This document shows, one piece after another, positions 17,872-25,177 of a DNA stretch of 28,104 bases (positions within the stretch are counted from its first letter, which is position 1; every line of letters starts with the position of its first letter). The notes beneath the pieces are model-generated. The model was not told where the DNA came from. It was given only the letters and a program-made list of their open reading frames with translations, and searched no databases. This DNA is from a virus (lineage: Duplodnaviria > Caudoviricetes), in IMG/VR virus record IMGVR_UViG_3300033067_000428, positions 1 through 28,104 of that record. One strand, written 5' to 3'. The position numbers and the translations under genes are program-made.

Positions 17872-17887
17872 TTTACAAGGAGTAAAC
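17871..17887. promoter_or_regulatory. Palindromic motif copy 5 (GTTTAC-AAGGA-GTAAAC)
   Basis: Perfect arms, SD in the spacer, overlaps upstream TAG. Confidence 0.8.
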
Positions 17888-17891
17888 AATC

Positions 17892-18095
17892 ATGACATAC
17901 CTTCGCATCCGTCTCAACAAAACACCACGCACTTCGCAACCTACGTCTACCGATAGCGAACCTGTCATAGGCGAGTTCGTCGTGAAGTGGAACAACGGCT
18001 ACTGGAAATTGTGGAACTGGCAGAGGGGCGCCTACCAGATTGGCGCCTTCCACACGCGGGCGGAAGCCCTGGAAGTGGCGCAGCTAGGCCGCTGA
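17892..18095 (+). CDS. Hypothetical protein (67 aa)
   Basis: Strong SD; ends GAFHTRAEALEVAQLG. Confidence 0.7.
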   Translation: MTYLRIRLNKTPRTSQPTSTDSEPVIGEFVVKWNNGYWKLWNWQRGAYQIGAFHTRAEALEVAQLGR

Positions 18096-18102
18096 CCCCC
18101 GA

Positions 18103-18175
18103 GCGAGGGCGCCCAAGCCCTCGCATTAGACCTAAAAGTCATCAAGTATCACGGTGATATCACTTTTAGGTCTAA
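18103..18175. repeat. Two inverted repeats (8-bp and perfect 14-bp arms)
   Basis: GCGAGGGC/GCCCTCGC 18103-18124; TTAGACCTAAAAGT/ACTTTTAGGTCTAA 18126-18175 with inner TATCAC-G-GTGATA. Confidence 0.85.
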
Positions 18176-18192
18176 GAACAGAATTGTCTCAG

Positions 18193-18463
18193 GCGCAATC
18201 CCGACTAAATCCCTCGACAGCGCCTAAGTCTCTGTCCCTCAACAACTTTTCTCTTCTTACTACAATACCTTTATCTAATATATTACGTCAGCAGGATCTT
18301 TAAGAGTACCCTCCCCTCCCCGACTCACTAGGTCAGGGAGGGGAGGGTACTGTCTTCATATGCGTTCATTCTTGGGAACAATGGTCAGTATTGTAGTAAT
18401 GGCCCTTTTTCCTAAGCGCATCAACGACTTAACCGCTGTCGAGTGTTTTACTCAGGATTGCGC
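18193..18463. repeat. 271-bp nested palindrome centred on 18328
   Basis: Arms 18193-18230/18426-18463 (32/38), 18257-18268/18388-18399 (12/12), 18305-18324/18332-18351 (19/20). Confidence 0.9.
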
Positions 18464-18660
18464 TGACTAGGGCCAATCAAGAATCACTCTCATTTGACCC
18501 TACATCTAGTGCTGTTTGTTTTTTCACGTTGACTTGGAAAAACAAAATCACATTAGCTCGGTGCGACAAAAAAGAACAAACCCAATTTGGCGGCTTTTTG
18601 TTCACTCCCCCTGCGCTTTAGTGTCCCGGGGGCAGATCATTTTTTGTGTGGGGCAGGGGG

Positions 18661-18689
18661 TTGACTTCGCTCCCGATCCCTAGTACGCT
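18661..18689 (+). promoter_or_regulatory. Sigma70-type promoter
   Basis: TTGACT-17 bp-TACGCT upstream of 18785. Confidence 0.55.
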
Positions 18690-18784
18690 TTCGTTCCGGG
18701 GACTGCACAAAAAGCTGTGCAAAAGCCCCCCGGACCCCCCTGTTTTTCTATCCCTTCCCCCACCCAGAAACGAAAGACATCCCT

Positions 18785-19642
18785 ATGGCTACTAAGCGCC
18801 CCGCCCCCGCTGATTTTTGTGACCCTCCCACTGAGATTTGGACACCCCTCACTGTTGGAATTACCGATCTTGAGCTAAGCAATCACGGGCGCATGCGCTA
18901 CGCTGACGAGAAGCAGCGGCCTGTGCGCTACATATACGAAGAAAATGACGTACCTAAATTCAACATCAAGTACCGCACTGTTCGTGGTGGGTTTCAGTTC
19001 ACATCTAAGCGCAGTGTGCCGAAGATGGTGGCGGAACACTTCTTACCTAAGAGTGAGTTGCCGAGAATCCGACACAAGGACGGCGATAAGATCAACTGTC
19101 GTGCCGACAACTTAGAGTACGTTGACTACCCGCGCAAGGCAGTGTTACCTAGTGTCACAGCGTCTGGGCCGACAATAGATGAAATGTATGCCAGCGGCGC
19201 GTGGACATACGACTACGCAGTGCACAAGCACAAAGTAGCTAAGGTAAAGAGCCCGTTCACTATGGAGAGGCGCCCCGATCTGCCGGGACAGGATCATCTG
19301 CCGGAATATCTGCGTCGATCTGTCCCCCTGGCCGAGTGGGAAGCACAAAAGACCTACAACACGCCCGCCCCGCAGCCCGAGCAACCGCCCCCGGCGCCTG
19401 CGTACCCCCTCTCCACCGAGCCTCAGTTGGACGCGCACGGCAACGCACTGCCTACGCCCTTCCCGGTAATTCCAGAAAAATTACCAGAGGAAGATGAGCG
19501 CGACATTGAAGGCTCTGGACTGTACTTCTCGCAAGCGCGTGCTGCTGACAAGGCGTACTTGACTCTCTTGCGCAAGGAAGACAAAACGCCCATAGAGACT
19601 GCGGCGTTCAAGAACCTCAAGCGGGTGCTCGACTATGACTGA
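18785..19642 (+). CDS. NUMOD4/HNH-like protein with Pro-rich C-terminal extension (285 aa)
   Basis: EIWTPL...LELSNHGRMR (NUMOD4-like) and MVAEHFL...RHKDGDKINCRADNLEYV (HNH_3-like). Confidence 0.75.
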   Translation: MATKRPAPADFCDPPTEIWTPLTVGITDLELSNHGRMRYADEKQRPVRYIYEENDVPKFNIKYRTVRGGFQFTSKRSVPKMVAEHFLPKSELPRIRHKDGDKINCRADNLEYVDYPRKAVLPSVTASGPTIDEMYASGAWTYDYAVHKHKVAKVKSPFTMERRPDLPGQDHLPEYLRRSVPLAEWEAQKTYNTPAPQPEQPPPAPAYPLSTEPQLDAHGNALPTPFPVIPEKLPEEDERDIEGSGLYFSQARAADKAYLTLLRKEDKTPIETAAFKNLKRVLDYD

Positions 19643-19880
19643 CTATCCGCTACTCCCGCCCGACTTTTCGTGGGTTAAGCTAGAAAACGGCGATATGCTC
19701 GCGCGTACTGAGCGCAGAGGCGTTGCCATAATATCTAACTTGCCTGAAATGAAAGATGAAGAAGACTACGATGGGCTATTTTATGCTTCATTTCTTGACG
19801 ATTCTGATGATGGAAGCATCTACCATCCGTCCATCTTGGCACCGCCCGTGCCGGGTTTTGGCACACAGCAGGAAGCATGA
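19635..19880 (+). CDS. Paralogue family member 1, C-terminal helix interrupted (81 aa)
   Basis: YPLLPPDFSW N-motif; ends FGTQQEA* in the middle of the family C-motif. Confidence 0.7.
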   Translation: MTDYPLLPPDFSWVKLENGDMLARTERRGVAIISNLPEMKDEEDYDGLFYASFLDDSDDGSIYHPSILAPPVPGFGTQQEA

Positions 19881-19951
19881 GTAAGCGAATGTGGGGAGAC
19901 TCGTGCGCAAAACTGATAGGGAACATACTATTACTGGAGATGGAGATACCG

Positions 19952-20233
19952 ATGGAACAGCAATCAGTCCGTAGCGTCACGCTGCCCCAGTTCCCCTCAG
20001 ATAGCGGGTTCTCATCCTCACTCGACTGCGCATGTAACTGTGTAGGCGTGTGGCACAGAACGGGTAGGGGCCAGAACCTGAAGGCATACTTGCGCATCAA
20101 CGAGGACAACACATGCCAGCTAACGTTGGGAACAGATAAAGGCTACCCACACAAAGAACAGTTCCCCACATACGACGAAGCCCGCCTCTACCTAGAAGCT
20201 GTTCTCTTGCTTGGTATTCAACCCGACCGATAG
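19952..20233 (+). CDS. Paralogue family member 2 (93 aa; alternative start 19877)
   Basis: GGAG SD; FPTYDEARLYLEAVLLLG. Confidence 0.75.
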   Translation: MEQQSVRSVTLPQFPSDSGFSSSLDCACNCVGVWHRTGRGQNLKAYLRINEDNTCQLTLGTDKGYPHKEQFPTYDEARLYLEAVLLLGIQPDR

Positions 20234-20249
20234 TTTACAAGGAGTAAAC
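20233..20249. promoter_or_regulatory. Palindromic motif copy 6 (GTTTAC-AAGGA-GTAAAC)
   Basis: Identical to copies 5, 7 and 8; makes up the whole intergenic gap. Confidence 0.8.
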
Positions 20250-20250
20250 A

Positions 20251-20535
20251 ATGACACCCCGCCCCGACATCACATACCCACTGCCATACGGACTATCTTG
20301 GCAGCACGGAGAAGACGAGCGATACGGTGCCAGTATGGGCCTGACCGTCGCCTATGACGGTAGCTGGTGGCACGGATGGGCATTAGAGCGCGAAGATGGC
20401 ACGTGGGCCGTCGCTCTAGACAATCCCAAGGGAGAAACATTTAGAGCAGTAGACATACCACACACATTCACCACCGAGGACAAGGCGCTTCAGTATATAT
20501 CGGCTATGTTGTGCCTCGGGGAGTATGGAGAATGA
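20251..20535 (+). CDS. Paralogue family member 3 (94 aa)
   Basis: YPLPYGLSW; FTTEDKALQYISAMLCLG. Confidence 0.85.
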   Translation: MTPRPDITYPLPYGLSWQHGEDERYGASMGLTVAYDGSWWHGWALEREDGTWAVALDNPKGETFRAVDIPHTFTTEDKALQYISAMLCLGEYGE

Positions 20536-20828
20536 ACCCAGACCTGTCCAAGTACCCCCTGCCTGACGAATATGAGTGGACATACCACACTCAAGAAAGC
20601 GCCATATCTATCCGCTACAAGGGCGCGCACAAGCCCAAGGAAATTCAAGACACGCGCTCAGAGGCGTGGCTCATGCGGATGGAGGGTAAATTTAACTGCC
20701 ACTGCCGCGCTTCAACGGGGAAAAGTACAGAAGACATCCCAGTAACAACCTCCGCTCCCACGTTAGATGAAGCGCTGCAGTACATCTATACTTGGGTGAT
20801 GCTGGGTATGAATAGGAGTGGAGGATGA
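20532..20828 (+). CDS. Paralogue family member 4 (98 aa)
   Basis: ATGA overlap; YPLPDEYEW; PTLDEALQYIYTWVMLG. Confidence 0.85.
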   Translation: MNPDLSKYPLPDEYEWTYHTQESAISIRYKGAHKPKEIQDTRSEAWLMRMEGKFNCHCRASTGKSTEDIPVTTSAPTLDEALQYIYTWVMLGMNRSGG

Positions 20829-21133
20829 GCCTCAAACTAAAGATAGACGTGCCCGAGGGATACGTAGTGGAAGGCTATCCCGAGACTTCAACGTGCTTCG
20901 GTATTCAGCTACGGGACATGAGTAGGAGGACAGGGAATAAAGACCCCGCATACAAGTACCAGCTAACCGCGCGCATCTTTGAAACGGGCAAGGTAGTCCT
21001 CTGGCTCCCCGGCGAGTCTCGTGGGTTCGCACACTCATTCAAAACCTACGACGAGGCGCGGACGTACGTGGAGACTATCTTGCGGCTTGGGATGATCTAC
21101 GAGAACATGCCCGACATATTCACAAGGAGTTGA
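20825..21133 (+). CDS. Paralogue family member 5 (102 aa)
   Basis: DVPEGYVV; FKTYDEARTYVETILRLG. Confidence 0.85.
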   Translation: MSLKLKIDVPEGYVVEGYPETSTCFGIQLRDMSRRTGNKDPAYKYQLTARIFETGKVVLWLPGESRGFAHSFKTYDEARTYVETILRLGMIYENMPDIFTRS

Positions 21134-21134
21134 T

Positions 21135-21506
21135 ATGAAAGTTGACATCGAGAAGTACCCGCTACCAGACCCATACTTCTGGTACCCAAGAAAGGAAGAC
21201 AATGTTGCTGCCGTTAGTGTTCCCAGAGAAGAAAGACACACTATCTGGACATGGACTGATTCGGCAGGGCGCCTAACTGTTCGTGGGAGATGGGGCAACA
21301 ACGGCAATGCCTCAATAGAGCTAGCATGCGTAGAAACAATAGAAGAAGCATGTCAGTATATGTCTGCATACATGATGCTGGGGATGCATACAGACCCCGA
21401 CGTAGGAGGGGCACAATTAAGTTTCGTAAACTCAACCTCCCGGAGAACTACCGAGCAGAAGAACTACCTGAATACCCGCTCCCGGAAGGGATGGAATGGC
21501 ATGTAA
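21135..21506 (+). CDS. Paralogue family member 6 (123 aa as sequenced; ancestral stop probably 21417-21419)
   Basis: YPLPDPYFW; ETIEEACQYMSAYMMLG. Confidence 0.8.
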   Translation: MKVDIEKYPLPDPYFWYPRKEDNVAAVSVPREERHTIWTWTDSAGRLTVRGRWGNNGNASIELACVETIEEACQYMSAYMMLGMHTDPDVGGAQLSFVNSTSRRTTEQKNYLNTRSRKGWNGM

Positions 21507-21715
21507 CATTTACAACTACTGGCGCGTACAGTGAGGCGGATCAGTGGTGGTACGGGTGGGTTCATACTAGCGGGGGCGACGGATATAAACCTTATTCAGT
21601 GGTTACGGAAAATAAGAAGCCGCTGATAAAGAAGGAGCACGGCAAGTTCCCCTCCGTAGATGCCGCATGTAAGTTCCTCTCCGCATACCTAATCCTAGGA
21701 GTTACGGATGAGTGA
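21416..21715 (+). CDS. Paralogue family member 7 (99 aa; ATT in place of ATG)
   Basis: AGGAGG 6 nt before in-frame ATT; YPLPEGMEW; FPSVDAACKFLSAYLILG. Confidence 0.7.
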   Translation: MKFRKLNLPENYRAEELPEYPLPEGMEWHVTFTTTGAYSEADQWWYGWVHTSGGDGYKPYSVVTENKKPLIKKEHGKFPSVDAACKFLSAYLILGVTDE

Positions 21716-21881
21716 CGGCCTCGACAACCACATCTGGGCTGCGAATAAGATCGAAGAAATCACTGCGCCCATGTACGACGACGAAAACTATTTCGCCATG
21801 TTCCAGGCGGAAGAACAACGGAGAATCTGGAATGAGTATCAAAGATCAGTTAGTAACCGTCCCGCAGATCATCAGGGATGA
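21708..21881 (+). CDS. Small acidic protein inside the array (57 aa; not in ORF track)
   Basis: AGGAG SD, ATG 21708; MSDGLDNHIWAANKIEEITAPMYDDENYFAMFQAEEQRRIWNEYQ... Confidence 0.5.
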   Translation: MSDGLDNHIWAANKIEEITAPMYDDENYFAMFQAEEQRRIWNEYQRSVSNRPADHQG

Positions 21882-22125
21882 GTGCCCGCTGCCGGATGGG
21901 TACGTTTTCCGAGAAGAAACGAATAATCACTGGGCAAGACTTTATTATGTGCCACTAGGTGATGGTGTGTGGTGGATATCAAGAGACTACGACACCGGAA
22001 AATTCACACTAAATAGCTGGACAGGAAAGTATAGTATAAAAATAGAAATGCCCCCGGAAACAACTCATGAAGAACTCTGGCGCTACGTCTATGCGCAGTT
22101 CATCTTAGGGGACAACAATGGCTGA
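21832..22125 (+). CDS. Paralogue family member 8 (97 aa)
   Basis: GGAG SD; CPLPDGYVF; ETTHEELWRYVYAQFILG. Confidence 0.8.
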   Translation: MSIKDQLVTVPQIIRDECPLPDGYVFREETNNHWARLYYVPLGDGVWWISRDYDTGKFTLNSWTGKYSIKIEMPPETTHEELWRYVYAQFILGDNNG

Positions 22126-22420
22126 AGAACTGATAGCTACCTTCCCCAAACTGCCCGAGGGGTATTGGTGGAAGAAAGAGTTGACACAAAATTTCAGGGG
22201 GATACGGAGTCGGTCTGGTGCGAATGAAGCTGGGGACGGTAGGTGCCTTTTCGCCATTCACTACGTAGGCGAAGGTAACGTAGACGACAAGGTTCACACT
22301 CACGGGTGGGTGGTATTCAAGGGTATTAGCAGGGGGGGAATGCTGGTCCAAGGACTCACCGCCCAAGAAGCCGTCAATTTCGCCTACGCCCTGTTTATTT
22401 TGGGGGACCACGATGGATGA
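22118..22420 (+). CDS. Paralogue family member 9 (100 aa)
   Basis: PKLPEGYWW; LTAQEAVNFAYALFILG. Confidence 0.85.
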   Translation: MAEELIATFPKLPEGYWWKKELTQNFRGIRSRSGANEAGDGRCLFAIHYVGEGNVDDKVHTHGWVVFKGISRGGMLVQGLTAQEAVNFAYALFILGDHDG

Positions 22421-22718
22421 GATACCAGACCTACAACTAGATGCCCTATTCAAGCGGGCAGTAGATGTCCGTTCAGGCTCTAGTCGGGAGATACACACCG
22501 ACTGGATAGATTTCATAAACAAGGAAGGAGAACTAAAAGCCAGGGCATGCAAGCGCGCCAAGCTATACGATCCTACGCTCAGCAAAGAAGATCGTACGGT
22601 TCCGAAGTACTGGATCGGGGTTTATTGGGAGGACACTGGTGATGAAAGTGAGGTTCAATACTTCGACACTCAAGAAGAAACAGAGGCGTGGATACTAGCC
22701 CGCGTCATCCTCGGTTAG
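22413..22718 (+). CDS. Paralogue family member 10 (101 aa)
   Basis: Weak N-motif; FDTQEETEAWILARVILG. Confidence 0.8.
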   Translation: MDEIPDLQLDALFKRAVDVRSGSSREIHTDWIDFINKEGELKARACKRAKLYDPTLSKEDRTVPKYWIGVYWEDTGDESEVQYFDTQEETEAWILARVILG

Positions 22719-22734
22719 TTTACAAGGAGTAAAC
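22718..22734. promoter_or_regulatory. Palindromic motif copy 7 (GTTTAC-AAGGA-GTAAAC)
   Basis: Identical copy; makes up the whole intergenic gap. Confidence 0.8.
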
Positions 22735-22735
22735 A

Positions 22736-23032
22736 ATGGAGTTCTACAAAATACCCGAAGAGTTCAAGGCGGCGCATCCATTACCGGAGGGCTACTGGTG
22801 GGAGGATGAGTCGGCGCCATCGCATCCGGGGCTGCGGCGCGGCGGCAAGCATAAGGTGTGGGTGTACTGGGTTGAAGATGTGGGCGACGAAGGGGCAGAA
22901 TACAGAGCGCATGTGCCTTCCGAGACAAGCATGTTCGATGAAATTTATAGCATGGCAACCTTCAACTCCTACGAGGAAGCATTCCACTACGGATACACGC
23001 TCGTCATGTTGGGTCTTTTACAGGAGAAATAA
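22736..23032 (+). CDS. Paralogue family member 11 (98 aa)
   Basis: HPLPEGYWW; FNSYEEAFHYGYTLVMLG. Confidence 0.85.
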   Translation: MEFYKIPEEFKAAHPLPEGYWWEDESAPSHPGLRRGGKHKVWVYWVEDVGDEGAEYRAHVPSETSMFDEIYSMATFNSYEEAFHYGYTLVMLGLLQEK

Positions 23033-23033
23033 T

Positions 23034-23852
23034 ATGTTCAGCAGCAACGTCCACCTTCTTCCATCTCTATACACCTATGAGGACGTGAAGAAGTACTACG
23101 AAGATACGCCGCCACACAGGCGCAAGAAGTGGGAACACAACCAGCGCGGGCTTGACGGCCAGAACAAGTGGCACTACCGTATCGAGAAACACAGCGACGA
23201 CGAATACTGGGTCTGCTTGTACGAAACTCCCATCGTGAAGTGGTTCGGCCCCGAGCGCGTCATCGTGGACATCAGCTACAACACCACGCTGACTTTTCAG
23301 TTTGCGCACAGATACACTCAAGCACTCGGTTCCGTGTACAACCACGAGTCGAAGGCTGTATTTGAAGTTGACGGCATCAAGTGGCACGCGAAGACACCGT
23401 TTGAGTTCGCGCTTCTCGATACGCCGCCCGGTGCACCCAAGCATCTGCGGAAGTACAAGCTGATCAGCACGCACGAGAAGATCAAGCGCAAGGTTCTCGA
23501 CCCCGACAAGGCGTGGGAGTACCGGTAGGCTAGCGCGGAGTTCAAGCGGTGGGTCCGAGGGGTCTGGGCCATGTCCGGGAACGACGGGAGCCACCCGTGG
23601 GAGGACACGCGGATGACGGCAGGTACGCCTTCCGTCCAATTGCTCGCTCAAGGTGGCTACGACATAGAAAATAAAGAATACTGGGAGAACATCGTGCTGG
23701 CGGGCATGAAGGCCGGCAATCAAGTAGTTTGGGGCGTCGGGTTTGGCAAGTACGACCCCGAGAAACTGATACGCGCCATCGACAAGCACTACCAGAAAGA
23801 CATGTACATCGAGATTGATTACGACGCGCCACTACCGAAGAGGATGAAATGA
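23034..23852 (+). pseudogene. Early protein (~272 codons) split by an in-frame TAG at 23526-23528
   Basis: ORFs 23034-23528 and 23571-23852 are in the same frame, with open coding-like sequence between them. Confidence 0.6.
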
Positions 23853-24046
23853 CACTCAATCCCAACACCATCTACGAACAAGACGACGGCATTGTGGAAC
23901 TCTGGCAAGTGCAGGGAATTCACGGCGCATACTACGCGTCCAAACAAATAGCCGAAGAAGAGGCGCGTAAGCGTTTCCCAAACGAATTACCGTTTGTTCG
24001 GTACGCACGGATTTCCTTCAAGAACTATCAATTAGTGGAGCAGTGA
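23849..24046 (+). CDS. Hypothetical protein (65 aa)
   Basis: ATGA overlap, AAGG SD. Confidence 0.7.
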   Translation: MTLNPNTIYEQDDGIVELWQVQGIHGAYYASKQIAEEEARKRFPNELPFVRYARISFKNYQLVEQ

Positions 24047-24047
24047 A

Positions 24048-24266
24048 ATGAGCTACAAAATAGTCCTGGCTTGGCGCGAACACCTGAAGAAGGTGGAAGA
24101 ACTGCAACAAACTGCGCTCAAACTTATGGCGCATCCCGACACCACGCCTGAACAACTCTGGTACGCGCATCAGGCGCTGGTAAGTACGATGAAGAACCAC
24201 AGAGAACTAGCCCCGAAGGTACAGGAAAAATGGCCGAGACTGAGCGGGAAGATGCCGAGCATCTAA
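24048..24266 (+). CDS. Hypothetical helical protein (72 aa)
   Basis: GGAG SD, 1-nt spacing. Confidence 0.7.
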   Translation: MSYKIVLAWREHLKKVEELQQTALKLMAHPDTTPEQLWYAHQALVSTMKNHRELAPKVQEKWPRLSGKMPSI

Positions 24267-24355
24267 ATCAAGACCTGAGCTACCCACTATTCCAGTGGTT
24301 CGCCAACAAACCTGACGCACGCAGACTAGTGCGGAAACACTGTAAGGAGATTGAA

Positions 24356-24616
24356 ATGAAAGAGTTCAAAAATCAAATCGTGGTACTGGACAAGGGCTTT
24401 GTCTATCACGGAGATATCAGCTTTCACGATGGCTGGTTTACGCTATCGAACTGTGTCAATTTGCGCCGCTATGGTACTGACAAAGGGCTTGGGCAACTGG
24501 CGCTTCATGGTCCAACGAAAGAAACAGAACAAGACCCGAGTGGCGTGATTCGCGGGCGCGAAACTTCGGTACTCTTCTTGATCGAGTGCGACCATGCAGA
24601 CCGTTGGAGTAAGTGA
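24356..24616 (+). CDS. Small beta-rich phage protein, DUF6948-like (86 aa; possible longer start at 24230)
   Basis: IVVLDKGFVYHG...LRRYGTDKGLGQLALHGP pattern, as I recall usually adjacent to GYGDG-repeat ORFs; AAGGAG SD. Confidence 0.6.
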   Translation: MKEFKNQIVVLDKGFVYHGDISFHDGWFTLSNCVNLRRYGTDKGLGQLALHGPTKETEQDPSGVIRGRETSVLFLIECDHADRWSK

Positions 24617-24902
24617 GGCGCTGATATTGGAGATGCTAGACGCCACTGTCATTATGCTACAAAAAGCGCGAGGCGACGGCTACGGCAACGGCTACGGCGA
24701 CGGCGACGGCTACGGCAACGGCAACGGCTACGGCTACGGCTACGGCGACGGCGACGGCTACGGCTACGGCGACGGCGACGGCTACGGCAACGGCAACGGC
24801 TACGGCGACGGCTACGGCAACGGCAACGGCTACGGCGACGGCTACGGCTACGGCTACGGCTACGGCGACGGCTACGGCGACGGCAAGAAAGGACTTTTAT
24901 GA
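24594..24902 (+). CDS. Gly-[Tyr/Asp/Asn] repeat protein (102 aa)
   Basis: 35 G-X dipeptides; ATGA overlap with the next gene. Confidence 0.65.
   Translation: MQTVGVSEALILEMLDATVIMLQKARGDGYGNGYGDGDGYGNGNGYGYGYGDGDGYGYGDGDGYGNGNGYGDGYGNGNGYGDGYGYGYGYGDGYGDGKKGLL
24672..24881 (+). repeat. Tandem hexamer (GGC[T/G/A]AC) x35
   Basis: Read directly from the sequence. Confidence 0.95.
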
Positions 24903-25087
24903 GAACCCCCAACAAGAGTGAACAACATCGACCGAAGGCTCGCGCAGTCCACGGTTCCCCAGACTACCCCGCGCGTATCGGCGCGTGGGTTACAGAAGAA
25001 CAATACCAGTACTTTCATAAGCATGGTGGGAGTATCTGGCTGCGCGAAGTGCTGGATCAACGGATGAAAGGAGAACAGTCAACCTAG
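24899..25087 (+). CDS. Small putative ribbon-helix-helix-like DNA-binding protein (62 aa)
   Basis: RIGAWVTEEQY...GGSIWLREVLD beta-alpha-alpha pattern. Confidence 0.5.
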   Translation: MRTPNKSEQHRPKARAVHGSPDYPARIGAWVTEEQYQYFHKHGGSIWLREVLDQRMKGEQST

Positions 25088-25177
25088 TACAAACCCCTAC
25101 CACAACCTCTCGCATTTCTTTTATCATCTCACGACGGACCTACAACACAGGCCGTCAACCTTCAAGGAACACATCTC

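Noticed and set aside
17892-18095. Fourteenth member of the paralogue family
   Set aside because: It has FHTRAEA...LG, but the EA-to-LG spacing is 5 rather than 9 and there is no PLPxGYxW motif; at most a distant relative.
19635-23032. Diversity-generating retroelement behind the paralogue variation
   Set aside because: No reverse transcriptase in the window and no near-identical TR/VR pair differing only at adenines.
24652-24915. Minus-strand Arg/Ser-repeat ORF
   Set aside because: Antisense shadow of the GGCNAC repeat; opposite to the local gene orientation.
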